Positions 22,132 through 30,949 of a DNA stretch of 64,000 bases are shown piece after piece. The DNA is from Pseudomonadota bacterium. Its GTDB lineage: Bacteria > Pseudomonadota > Alphaproteobacteria > Sphingomonadales > SMXR01. The stretch is from assembly GCA_022574255.1 (NCBI GenBank), contig JACZSK010000002.1, forward strand, positions 11,199-75,198, given 5' to 3'. How positions within the stretch are numbered: position 1 is the stretch's first letter; every line of letters begins with the position of its first letter. The translations under genes and the position numbers were made by a program. Under the pieces are notes generated by a model. The model saw only the letters and a list, made by a program, of their open reading frames with translations. It searched no databases and had not been told where the DNA came from.

Positions 22132-23484
22132 TCAGGGCGCGTTTTTCGGGCTGTTTTCCGGCCTCGTCGCCTCCGCGCCCTTTCTCAGCGCTTCCTTGCG
22201 ATCCACCGGAAAGCATTCCTCAAAATCACCGGGGGGCAGATCTTCGGCGGGATAAATGGCGGTCTTCTGACTTTCCGGGTTGGGCTTGCCGGGCGAGATA
22301 TCGCGCCTGTTCACGCCCTTCTCGGGCAGGATGATCCTGCCGTCGGGTGCGTATTCATGGTCCAGCCACCATTTCTGGCCCTTCACCCGCTTGCCGTTGC
22401 CCAGCACATCGTCCAGCCATACAGCGACCGGGATAAGAACAGGCTTCAGCCACATGGCATTTATACCCAGCCAACTGGCGATGCGAGTAACCAGTGGCCC
22501 GTCTTCTGTGACCACCTTGTTCAGCGGGCAGGTTTTCATGCAGCGCCCACAGGCCGAGCCTTTCTGGTTGGTGATCCGGTATTTGGCGCAATTCTCAACG
22601 TCCGGCTTCCAAATCTCGTAGCCGTTGAACATGATCTTGTCGCCGAAGGAAATGGCGTTGCAGGGGCATTCTCGGGCGCATTTATGGCAATTCCCACAAA
22701 ACTGCTGCAGGCCGAAATCGATCGGCTTGTCACATTCCATCGGCAAATTCGTGGTCACGATGCAAACCTTGGAGCGGGGTCCGATAAAGGGATTGAGCAC
22801 CAGTTCGCCGATGCGGCTGAGTTCTCCCAAGCCGGCCAGCAGCATTAGTGGAATTTGCAGGACTTCGCCATCGGCAGCGGAATGGCACCGCGCCTCATAG
22901 CCCAGCCGGCGGATATAGTTGGCCATGACCGAGCCGACCTCGGCCCCACGCAAGTAAGCGCGATAGCTCTGGGTACCGGAAATCCAGTCGTCACCCGATG
23001 CCCCCTCCATGGTGGCAAAACCCTGGTCGATGACCATGACAATGGCGTATTTGTGCCGAGGTTCAATCTCGTTGCCCTCGATATCGTGGGAATACCAGGC
23101 ATATTCGGGCACTTCGCAAATGCCGACGATGTCCATGTCCAGAAAATAGGCCAGTGATTTAAGGTGCCTGGCCATTTCCTGCGGATCGTCGGTGCCGGGC
23201 GCTATCTCCGGCGCCACATCGCCGTCCTGCATCGGCACGATGACCTTCATCAGGTCTTCCATGGCCGCCGCCAGCGGATATTTGTTAATGAAGCGGGGCC
23301 GCTCCGCCTGGGCCCGCTCGCCCAGATCACCATAAAAAGGACGGCGGAAAAACGAGCCCCGGATCGGCACCCTCGGCACCTTTTCAGCGTCGATCCGGGT
23401 CGTCGGCTGATCAACCCGCTTCACGGTTTCCATCGGGTATTTGCCCAGATGCGGCGCGCGGTGCTTATAGCGAAACAGGCCCAT
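22132..23484 (-). CDS. Reductive dehalogenase (RdhA) family protein, non-respiratory type (no Tat signal, no RdhB partner)
   Basis: Two Fe-S motifs in the RdhA arrangement: CGNCHKCARECPCNAI, then CAKYRITNQKGSACGRCMKTCP (C-X12-C-X2-C-X3-CP). The upstream blocks DMDIVGICEVPEYAWYSHD and KYAIVMVIDQ resemble RdhA/QueG-superfamily cores. Start set at MGLFRYKH (GAGGA 5 nt upstream); the ORF could extend to 23496 or 23538. Confidence 0.6.
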   Translation of the reverse strand: MGLFRYKHRAPHLGKYPMETVKRVDQPTTRIDAEKVPRVPIRGSFFRRPFYGDLGERAQAERPRFINKYPLAAAMEDLMKVIVPMQDGDVAPEIAPGTDDPQEMARHLKSLAYFLDMDIVGICEVPEYAWYSHDIEGNEIEPRHKYAIVMVIDQGFATMEGASGDDWISGTQSYRAYLRGAEVGSVMANYIRRLGYEARCHSAADGEVLQIPLMLLAGLGELSRIGELVLNPFIGPRSKVCIVTTNLPMECDKPIDFGLQQFCGNCHKCARECPCNAISFGDKIMFNGYEIWKPDVENCAKYRITNQKGSACGRCMKTCPLNKVVTEDGPLVTRIASWLGINAMWLKPVLIPVAVWLDDVLGNGKRVKGQKWWLDHEYAPDGRIILPEKGVNRRDISPGKPNPESQKTAIYPAEDLPPGDFEECFPVDRKEALRKGAEATRPENSPKNAP

Positions 23485-23558
23485 CTTCATCCTCATTTTG
23501 TCTGCAAGCACTGGTGACCCGAACGGCAGCAGGAACAACCGGGGTTACGGCGACTCAA

Positions 23559-23584
23559 TTAATTGTTATCATAATAACAATTAA
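23559..23584. promoter_or_regulatory. Perfect inverted repeat TTAATTGTTAT-cata-ATAACAATTAA; candidate operator (MarR?) in an AT-rich promoter region upstream of the rdhA-like gene
   Basis: Read directly: 23559-23569 is the exact reverse complement of 23574-23584. It lies 75-100 nt upstream of the proposed rdhA-like start, in the only AT-rich stretch of the 95-bp intergenic gap. Confidence 0.5.
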
Positions 23585-23633
23585 CATACAAACCAACCCG
23601 CTGATCTGCCGGGATTCCGTTAAATTCAGCTGT

Positions 23634-24866
23634 TCAGGCTGCCGTTCGCTCAGGCTTGGCGGCGAGACCGTATATTTCGGTCCCGGGATGAAAATCGGAC
23701 CAGACGTACCAGAATATCTTGTTGTAATGGGGTACGGCTGCAAGGCGCTGGCCCTTTCGCGCGCCCTTGATGCATTCGCCAGTGGCCGACCATTCGGATT
23801 CGGACTGGTCATCGACAAACCCGCCACCGTTGGCGGCCTGGGTGAAGCTCAGAACCTCACCATCGACCGACCGGTCGAAGACCTGCACATAATCGCCGCC
23901 AAAGTCCGAGGAGACGAGAATCGCCGTATCGCCAAGTTCGTCATTGATGACGGGCTGCTCTTCAAGCGTGGGCAGGGTGTATGTGCGAGTGTCGTCGCCC
24001 ACCTGGACGCCGATCACCATCGACTTCATCGACAACCGGTTGTCCTGATCGTGCTGAAGCGGATAAATCATCACCGGGCTGGCGGGGTCGATCACGTCGG
24101 CGCGGGCCAGCAATTTCAGGTAAAAAACGTCGCGCCATTCTATATTTCGCATCCAGACCGGTGATTCCGGATACAGCGCCTGCCAGGTACTGAGTTTTAC
24201 CGCAACGGTTGGCACCGTCTGCAACTGCAGGTTTTCGTTGCGCGACTGGTTATGCATCTGGATTATCGAGCATTTGTTGGTCTTTTCGTAAAAAACCATA
24301 TTGTTGGCGAGCGCCGCGGTAATGGCGATGTCCGGCTGGCGAAACTTGTCTGCCATGGCGTAGGACATTGAGCTGTGCGCCAGGATGCAGTGGGTCATGA
24401 TAAAGGGTGCGTCGCCGTCGGGCTGGTAGACGATGTGGGGGCGCCGCGCCAGGCGCGAGATGAAGGCCCAGGGTCGGCCCGCGCCGTCGATCACGCCAAC
24501 CACTTCTTCATCGGGGCCGAATTTATCAATCGCCTCATCGAGTGATATGAATTGGGGCTTCTTAATGGGCCGGAACAGCAGCTTGGTATGCATGAAGAAA
24601 CCGAAGGTGAGGACACCCGCATAGGCCGTGATCGCGCCCAGCGTTACTAGGGAGAGGCTGGCTATCGGCCCCGCCTGATATATCGCCGCCGCCATAACGG
24701 CTGCTGAAGCAACGCCCAGCCACATCGCCTTGCCATAAATATACCGGGCGCCAGAATCGCTGGCAGCGATCTGATTTGTATACATTAAAATTCCCAGCGT
24801 GCCGGGCAGCACTGCCAACGCACACATCAAGACCGCCGCACCCGCCAGCCATTCTGCTCCAGTCAT
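23634..24866 (-). CDS. Membrane-anchored DUF3179-like protein
   Basis: About 3-4 N-terminal hydrophobic helices, followed by a soluble domain that resembles my recollection of DUF3179 (PFIMTHCILAHSSMSY..., ...IFWYVWSDFHPGTEIY). Confidence 0.5.
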   Translation of the reverse strand: MTGAEWLAGAAVLMCALAVLPGTLGILMYTNQIAASDSGARYIYGKAMWLGVASAAVMAAAIYQAGPIASLSLVTLGAITAYAGVLTFGFFMHTKLLFRPIKKPQFISLDEAIDKFGPDEEVVGVIDGAGRPWAFISRLARRPHIVYQPDGDAPFIMTHCILAHSSMSYAMADKFRQPDIAITAALANNMVFYEKTNKCSIIQMHNQSRNENLQLQTVPTVAVKLSTWQALYPESPVWMRNIEWRDVFYLKLLARADVIDPASPVMIYPLQHDQDNRLSMKSMVIGVQVGDDTRTYTLPTLEEQPVINDELGDTAILVSSDFGGDYVQVFDRSVDGEVLSFTQAANGGGFVDDQSESEWSATGECIKGARKGQRLAAVPHYNKIFWYVWSDFHPGTEIYGLAAKPERTAA

Positions 24867-24884
24867 CTCTTTTCCTTTCGATCT

Positions 24885-25442
24885 CTAGTTCGATGTTTCT
24901 TCCTTCGCCAGGTCCGCCGCCGCGTTGTTGATTGCGGCAACAGCGGCCTTTACCCAATCCGTTTTCCCAACCCCCTGGGCGGCAAAGTAGGTTCCGATAT
25001 TGGCAAGTGCCACTTGTGCCGCGTCGGAGGACTGTGAATTCATTAGCTCCATTGCACCTGCCGCACCCACGAGCAGCCGCTGTTTCACTCTCTCGGCGGC
25101 CAGCTCGCAGCGTTTTATGGCGTCATAAACAAAACCCGAGCCCGGTGTGTCCGCCGTCAACGCTTTCAATTTTCTGCGCAAGCATCGGATGGGCTTTACA
25201 GCGCCTTCCCGCCAGTCACCGGTGGCTTCCAGCAGGCCGCGGACATCCTCTGTGCTCAGAGATCTTGCTGCGCGAAATCCCATCCAGTAGCAAAACAGCA
25301 TAACGTTGACATCAACCCCGGCCTCATCCTGCAGCCGGAGGCAGTTTTCGCCGACACCGGGCCGACCATAAAGCCTGACCGAATAGCGCCAGAAATCATC
25401 GGCGAGAATATCCTGTTGGTCAGGTTTGGCGGATGCAGACAT
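24885..25442 (-). CDS. DUF2390 / TIGR02444-family protein
   Basis: DFWRYSVRLYGRPGVGENCLRLQDEAGVDVNVMLFCYWMG...IRCLRRKLK matches the remembered DUF2390 pattern. Start set at MSASAKPDQQ; the ORF could extend to 25517. Confidence 0.55.
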   Translation of the reverse strand: MSASAKPDQQDILADDFWRYSVRLYGRPGVGENCLRLQDEAGVDVNVMLFCYWMGFRAARSLSTEDVRGLLEATGDWREGAVKPIRCLRRKLKALTADTPGSGFVYDAIKRCELAAERVKQRLLVGAAGAMELMNSQSSDAAQVALANIGTYFAAQGVGKTDWVKAAVAAINNAAADLAKEETSN

Positions 25443-26907
25443 TCTTGATCTCGGTAAAAAATTCGAGCGCATATTCGCCACCCTCGCGGCCGACACCAGA
25501 TTGCTTGAACCCGCCAAAAGGAGATTTCAGGTCGCGGACAAGCCAACAGTTCACCCAGATCACGCCCGCCTCTATTTTGGAAGCGACGCGGCTTGCCCTG
25601 TCCGCGTCCCCGCTCCAAACCATTGCCGCCAGACCGTACTTGGTGGCGTTTGCCAGGCGCACCACTTCCTCCTCGGTATCGAAGGGCGCCACATGGCTGC
25701 AGGGTCCGAATATTTCCTCTTTAACGGTTCGCGAGTCTTCGGCCAGGCCCGTCCAAATGGTCGGCTGCACCCAGGCGCCCCCGGACAGCTCGGCGTCCAT
25801 ATCCGGAACGCCGCCGCCGGTCACCACCGTGGCACCCTCATTCGCGGCAATCTGGTAATGCTCCAGGACTTTCTCCCGGTGTTCGAGGCTGCTCAGCGGC
25901 CCCAGAGTCGTGGCCGGATCGTTGGGGTCGCCTAAGCGCAAAGCTTCGGCCTTGTCTTTTAGGGCGGCGACGAATTTCTCGAAGATAGGCCGCTCGACGT
26001 ATAAGCGTTCCATGCACAGACATATCTGGCCGCAATTAAAGAAACTGGCGATTGCAGCGCTGGCGACCGCGGCTTCGAAATCGCAATCGGCAAAAATTAT
26101 GCCGGGATTCTTGCCGCCAAGCTCCAGCGACAGTCCCTTCACCGTGCCAGCCGCTGCCCGCATGATCGCTACGCCGGTTTGCGTCTCACCGGTAAAGGTA
26201 ATCCCGTCCACATCCGGGTGGGTGGTCAGATATTCGCCTGCCGAGCCTGGGCCAAATCCATGGACGACGTTATAGACCCCTGCCGGTACGCCGGCGTCGT
26301 TCATCACCTCGGCCAGCAGCGTGGCCGTCATCGGCGTTTCCTCAGACGGCTTGACAATGATTGTGTTGCCAGTGGCCAGCGCCGGCGCCACTTTCCACGA
26401 CATCTGAACGAATGGAATATTCCACGGACAGATCGCGGCAATAACGCCGCGCGGGCTGCGTTCTGGCCGGTTGATCGCGGTGCCGCCATCGGGCAGGAGG
26501 GTGGTGATCTCCGGCAGGGGTTCTACATTGCGGAACATATCCGCAAAGAGTTTAAACTGCTGGGCCGCCCTCGGAATTTCCATTTTAAGGGTGGGCATCC
26601 GGGGTTTCCCGGTATCGAGGACTTCGGCGGCAACGAATTCATCCAGCCGTGCCATGATTCCGTCCGCCACTTTCTCCAACAGCGCCAGCCGCTCATTCTG
26701 CGAAAAATTGCCCCAGTCGCCCTCAAACGCCGCCCGCGCCGCCTTGACGGCCGCATCCACATCAGCCTCGGATGCCTCGTGAACAATCCCCACAACTTCG
26801 TTTGTCGCCGGGTACCGGTTCTCGAAGGTCTTGCCATCGGAGCCCTCTGCGAAGGCGCCATTTATGAAATTGCGCGCCTGGCGAAGATTTCCCTGTTCCA
26901 ATGTCAT
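25420..26907 (-). CDS. NAD(P)-dependent aldehyde dehydrogenase, hydroxymuconic-semialdehyde dehydrogenase-like (XylG/HpaE-like)
   Basis: 495 aa with ELGGKNP, the catalytic FFNCGQICLC, and a C-terminal VWVNCWLVRDLKSPFGGFKQSGVGREGG block typical of this subfamily. Confidence 0.85.
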   Translation of the reverse strand: MTLEQGNLRQARNFINGAFAEGSDGKTFENRYPATNEVVGIVHEASEADVDAAVKAARAAFEGDWGNFSQNERLALLEKVADGIMARLDEFVAAEVLDTGKPRMPTLKMEIPRAAQQFKLFADMFRNVEPLPEITTLLPDGGTAINRPERSPRGVIAAICPWNIPFVQMSWKVAPALATGNTIIVKPSEETPMTATLLAEVMNDAGVPAGVYNVVHGFGPGSAGEYLTTHPDVDGITFTGETQTGVAIMRAAAGTVKGLSLELGGKNPGIIFADCDFEAAVASAAIASFFNCGQICLCMERLYVERPIFEKFVAALKDKAEALRLGDPNDPATTLGPLSSLEHREKVLEHYQIAANEGATVVTGGGVPDMDAELSGGAWVQPTIWTGLAEDSRTVKEEIFGPCSHVAPFDTEEEVVRLANATKYGLAAMVWSGDADRASRVASKIEAGVIWVNCWLVRDLKSPFGGFKQSGVGREGGEYALEFFTEIKNVCIRQT

Positions 26908-27488
26908 GCTGCTCCCCCGTTTCGCTCTATGGGTCCGGTCCAGCGTTTGGCTGTGCCTGCATCGATATCGAAAAGGTCTAGCACCCGCCCCACCGTATGG
27001 TCGATCATATCCTCTATTGTTTCCGGTCGCCCATACATGGCGGGCATTGGCGGTGCGATAATGGCGCCCAACTGCGCCGCCTCATAAAAAAGTTTGCAAT
27101 GGCCCAGATGTAATGGTGTTTCCCTGGGCATCAGAACCAGTCTGCGGCAATCCTTGAGAACCACATCCGCTGCACGCGTCAGCAGATCGTCTGCGTGGGA
27201 GTGAACAATCGACGACAGCGTTTTCATGGAGCAGGCAGCGACGATCATACCGTCGGTTTTGAACGAGCCGCTGGCCAGGCTCGCGGCAACGTTGGAAATC
27301 TTGTGCGCCTCGTCGGCCAGCGCTTCCACATCCGTCGCCCTCCAATCGGTTTCGATGCCTATATTCATCCGCGCGGTCTTGGTCATCACCAGGTGGGTCT
27401 CGACATCATCGATGCCCTTTAGAATTTCCAGCAGGCGAATTCCGTAAATGACCCCGCTGGCTCCCGCAATCCCGATAATCAGTCGCAT
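26904..27488 (-). CDS. ubiX: UbiX-family flavin prenyltransferase (makes prenyl-FMN for UbiD enzymes)
   Basis: MRLIIGIAGASGVIYGIRLLEIL...SMKTLSSI...LVLMPRETPL is a UbiX/Pad1 signature; 194 aa. It overlaps the downstream ALDH start by 4 nt. Confidence 0.85.
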   Translation of the reverse strand: MRLIIGIAGASGVIYGIRLLEILKGIDDVETHLVMTKTARMNIGIETDWRATDVEALADEAHKISNVAASLASGSFKTDGMIVAACSMKTLSSIVHSHADDLLTRAADVVLKDCRRLVLMPRETPLHLGHCKLFYEAAQLGAIIAPPMPAMYGRPETIEDMIDHTVGRVLDLFDIDAGTAKRWTGPIERNGGAA

Positions 27489-28153
27489 GGGTAGCCTCCT
27501 TCAGATTTCATTGTAGCCCGCAACCTGTACATATCCAGAAAGGCTGTAACGACGGCTTCGACCTTCACCTCAATCTGCCTCGAAGAAGGGGGCTCGGTGC
27601 CGATGCAAAGGCGCTCGAGAAACGAACGGTGGATCAGCATGCTGGCAAACCAGGCTGCCGCCGTATCTTCATCGGTGACGCGGAACGAGCCTTCGCCGTT
27701 GCTGTGTTCAAGCAGGAAAACACTCAGGCCCTTGTAAGCCAGGGCAGGGCCGTGATCGTAATAAATACGCCCGATCTCGGGAAAGCGCTGGGCCTCGGCA
27801 ATGACCAGCCTGGCGAGGTCGATATGGCGCTTCGATGTGACCAGATGCAGGAGATGCTCGCCGACATATTGCAGGCCATCCCGCAAACCGAAGCCGGCCA
27901 GGTCGATGCCGCTCATGGCCGTGCTGACTTCGCTCAGAACTTCATCGACCACCGCTTCAAAAAGCCTCTCCTTGTTTTCGAAATGGGCGTAAACAGTAGC
28001 TTTTGATCCGCCAACATGTGCGATTAAAGTATTTATGCTGGCGGCACCGTAGCCGACCTCGAGAAAAAGCTCGACGGCCGCCTCCAGAATAGCATCCCGC
28101 TTTGCCGAAGTCTTTGCGGGGCCAGTCGGTTTTATGGCCTGGATTTGCTGCAT
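27479..28153 (-). CDS. TetR/AcrR family transcriptional regulator
   Basis: N-terminal HTH KRDAILEAAVELFLEVGYGAASINTLIAHVGGSKATVYAHFENKERLF; 224 aa. Confidence 0.85.
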   Translation of the reverse strand: MQQIQAIKPTGPAKTSAKRDAILEAAVELFLEVGYGAASINTLIAHVGGSKATVYAHFENKERLFEAVVDEVLSEVSTAMSGIDLAGFGLRDGLQYVGEHLLHLVTSKRHIDLARLVIAEAQRFPEIGRIYYDHGPALAYKGLSVFLLEHSNGEGSFRVTDEDTAAAWFASMLIHRSFLERLCIGTEPPSSRQIEVKVEAVVTAFLDMYRLRATMKSEGGYPCD

Positions 28154-28239
28154 TACCCGGCTGTCCGGTTACTGGCGCGGCGCTGCATTTCTACTATCCA
28201 AATTTTGGGGCCAGCGCGATTGACGCTCAAAAAGTTTCC

Positions 28240-28269
28240 GTTACAATGTACTGTAACATGCGGTACAGT
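28240..28269. promoter_or_regulatory. Overlapping inverted repeats (GTTACA-N6-TGTAAC and ACTGTA-N8-TACAGT) in the tetR/ubiD divergent intergenic region; candidate TetR operator
   Basis: Read directly from GTTACAATGTACTGTAACATGCGGTACAGT. It lies between the tetR start (28153) and the ubiD start (28326). Confidence 0.35.
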
Positions 28270-28325
28270 TCAACATATTGATTATGTTCAGACAGTCGAT
28301 TACCGATAATTGAAAGGGCGTCGCC

Positions 28326-29840
28326 ATGGGTTCCCACAGCTTTCGTGATTTCATTGAGAAGTTGGAGAAGGAAGGTAATCTGCTGCGGATCACGCCGGAG
28401 GTCGATACTCTGGATGTGATAGGGGCGCTCATCGCGCGCGCCGATTACGAGCATGTAAACAAGGGTCTCTTGTTTGAGAACCCCAAGGGATATGACATCC
28501 CGGTTTTCGCCAATACAATAGGCGCCACCTATGACCGGATTGCCAAGAGCTTTGGCGTCCCGTTGGAGCAGGCGGTACCGGGGGCGTCCCAAAGAATGAT
28601 GGAGGTCATGCAGTCAGGCGGTGTTCCTCCGGTTTTTGTTGAGAACGAGAAAGCGCCCTGCAAGGAAGTGATCTTCACCGGCGACGATATTGATCTCGGG
28701 GCGATTCCAATTCTCAGAATGAACCCCAAGGACGGAACCAAGACCAAGGCCTTTCAGGAGGGCCGCTTTATTTGTGCCGTTGCCGTCTCCAAGCCCGCCG
28801 AAGACGCCTACAACCTCTCTTACCATCGCTTTGAAATTACCGGGAAGGACAAGGGGTCGGTATGGATTTTCCGGGGCACCGGCGACGCCAAGAGTATGGA
28901 GGAGCATTGGGGCGCCAAGATCGATGATCCGTCATCGACGTGGGATCATGACAATGCGCGGCCTTTCCCAATGGCCTATATCATCGGCAGCAGCCCGGAA
29001 ATGATTCTGGCCGGCGCCAACTCGGCTCTGCCTTACAAAAACGATGATTTTGCTTTCGTCGGCGGCCTCACGGGCGAACCGGTGAAATTGGTAAAATGCG
29101 AAACTATCGATGTGGACGTGCCTGCAGACGCAGAAATCGTTATCGAAGGCGTGTTCAAACCCTTCGATTGGGCCATACAGGGGCGCTTCGCCTCATTTAA
29201 CGGTTTTTATGACGATGCGCGCCGCCGCCCCACTTTCCAGGTAACCGCCATTACCATGCGAAAGAAACCGATCTACCAGCATGTTCATATCGGTCGCCCG
29301 CTGAACGAGACCAATAATATTGCCGCTTTTTTCCGTTCGGTGAAGGTATACCAGGATCTGATCAAGGTTTTGCCAAACGTTCGGGACGTCTTTGTCGACC
29401 CGGCCGCCGGCTGCGGTTTCACCGTTCACGTGTCGATCGACAAGAAGCGCGTTGGCGAAGCCAAGATGGCGATGATGCGCGCCTATACGGCGCTGCAAGG
29501 GTTCTGCAAACACGTGTTTGTTTACGATGAAGATATTGATATCCGGAACCCGCACGAACGCGACTGGGCATTGGCCCATCGTTTTATGGCGGACCGGGAT
29601 CTGCTGGTTATTCCCAACGTCCTGGGGATGGCAATCGACCCTCTGGCTCAGGCTCATGCCGGCGCGACAGCGAAGCTGGGTGTACACGACGGGAATTTGG
29701 CCATCCCGATCAACACGCGCAGTTTCATGGGGTTGGATTGCACTGTTCCGCTGGGCCTGAAAGTTATGGATCGCGTTTTGCCGGTCGAGGAGGTGGAGGC
29801 GCGGGTCGACCAGATATGGAATCAGATCGACGCCCGATAG
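28326..29840 (+). CDS. UbiD-family (prenyl-FMN-dependent) aromatic acid decarboxylase
   Basis: 504 aa starting MGSHSFRDFIEKLEKEGNLLRITPEVDTLDVIGALIARA, a typical UbiD N-terminus. ubiX lies in the divergent operon. Confidence 0.85.
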   Translation: MGSHSFRDFIEKLEKEGNLLRITPEVDTLDVIGALIARADYEHVNKGLLFENPKGYDIPVFANTIGATYDRIAKSFGVPLEQAVPGASQRMMEVMQSGGVPPVFVENEKAPCKEVIFTGDDIDLGAIPILRMNPKDGTKTKAFQEGRFICAVAVSKPAEDAYNLSYHRFEITGKDKGSVWIFRGTGDAKSMEEHWGAKIDDPSSTWDHDNARPFPMAYIIGSSPEMILAGANSALPYKNDDFAFVGGLTGEPVKLVKCETIDVDVPADAEIVIEGVFKPFDWAIQGRFASFNGFYDDARRRPTFQVTAITMRKKPIYQHVHIGRPLNETNNIAAFFRSVKVYQDLIKVLPNVRDVFVDPAAGCGFTVHVSIDKKRVGEAKMAMMRAYTALQGFCKHVFVYDEDIDIRNPHERDWALAHRFMADRDLLVIPNVLGMAIDPLAQAHAGATAKLGVHDGNLAIPINTRSFMGLDCTVPLGLKVMDRVLPVEEVEARVDQIWNQIDAR

Positions 29841-29878
29841 ACTGTCGGTCCGCTCAGCCTGCGAAAGTGGAATAGCCC

Positions 29879-30892
29879 ATGCTTAAAGTCGACATCTACA
29901 ATCACTTCATGCCCGAAGTGTATTGGAAAAAAATGATGGAGATTGCGCCGCAATACGAAAATCTGGGCAAACGCGTGCGCAATATACGGATGTTGACGGA
30001 TCTGGATTTCCGCTTTGAGGTGATGGACCGGCACGACGAATATGTTCAGGTGCTGACGGTGAATGCGCCGCCGCCCGAGGCGTTGGCGGGGCCCGACAGA
30101 TCGCCGGAGCTGGCGATCGCGGCCAACGACGGCCTGGCTGAACTTTGTGCAAAATACCCGGATCGCTTTGTCGGTTTTGGCGCAACGATGCCGATGAACA
30201 ATATCGATGCGGCGCTGGACGAGATCGACCGGGCGGTCGACGATCTGGGCGCGCTGGGGGCAGAGATCTATACAAATGTTGCCGGCCGGCCGCTGGACGA
30301 CCCCGAGTTCGAGCCTTTTTTCGCCAGGATGCACGAGCGCGACCTGCCGATCTGGGTGCACCCCGTTCGCGGCGACGAGATGGCGGATTACGCGTCCGAG
30401 GAAAAATCCCGTTACGAGCTGTGGTGGGCTTTTGGCTGGCCCTACGAGACCAGTGCTTTTATGGCGCGGATGGTGCTGTCGGGGCTCATGGAGCGGTATC
30501 CGGGTCTCAAGATGATCACCCATCACATGGGCGGCATGGTGCCCTTCTTCGAGGGCCGGGTTGGCCCGGGACTCGACCAGTTGGGCAAGCGAACCTCGGA
30601 TGAGGATTATTCGGGCGTGCTTGCGGGCCTGTCGAAGCCGCATCTGGAATATTTCAAGGATTTCTACGCCGATACCGCCGTATTCGGTGCGGTAGGTGCG
30701 ACCAAATGCGGTCTGGAGTTTTTCGGCGCAGACCATGTGGTCTTCGCTTCGGATGCGCCCTTCGATCCGGTGCCCGGCCAGTATATTGCCGAGACCATCA
30801 AAATTATCGATGAGCTGGATATCACCGATGAGGACCGGGCAAAAATCTATTACAAAAATGCCGAACGCCTGACCGGCCGCAGCTTTTCGTAA
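29879..30892 (+). CDS. Amidohydrolase_2 (ACMSD / LigW / LigJ-like) family protein
   Basis: 337 aa with MLKVDIYNHFMP... at the N-terminus and ...FASDAPFDP near the C-terminus, typical of the ACMSD-type decarboxylase/hydratase family. Confidence 0.75.
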   Translation: MLKVDIYNHFMPEVYWKKMMEIAPQYENLGKRVRNIRMLTDLDFRFEVMDRHDEYVQVLTVNAPPPEALAGPDRSPELAIAANDGLAELCAKYPDRFVGFGATMPMNNIDAALDEIDRAVDDLGALGAEIYTNVAGRPLDDPEFEPFFARMHERDLPIWVHPVRGDEMADYASEEKSRYELWWAFGWPYETSAFMARMVLSGLMERYPGLKMITHHMGGMVPFFEGRVGPGLDQLGKRTSDEDYSGVLAGLSKPHLEYFKDFYADTAVFGAVGATKCGLEFFGADHVVFASDAPFDPVPGQYIAETIKIIDELDITDEDRAKIYYKNAERLTGRSFS

Positions 30893-30949
30893 TCAGGGCG
30901 CAGGGCATGGTGCCGCTAGACTTGCCCGCCGGGAAGGAGCTGAGCTGAA

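Noticed and set aside
29822-30736. 304-aa minus-strand ORF
   Set aside because: It is antisense to the amidohydrolase_2 gene. Its translation is R/H/P-rich, as is typical of reverse-frame ORFs in GC-rich DNA.
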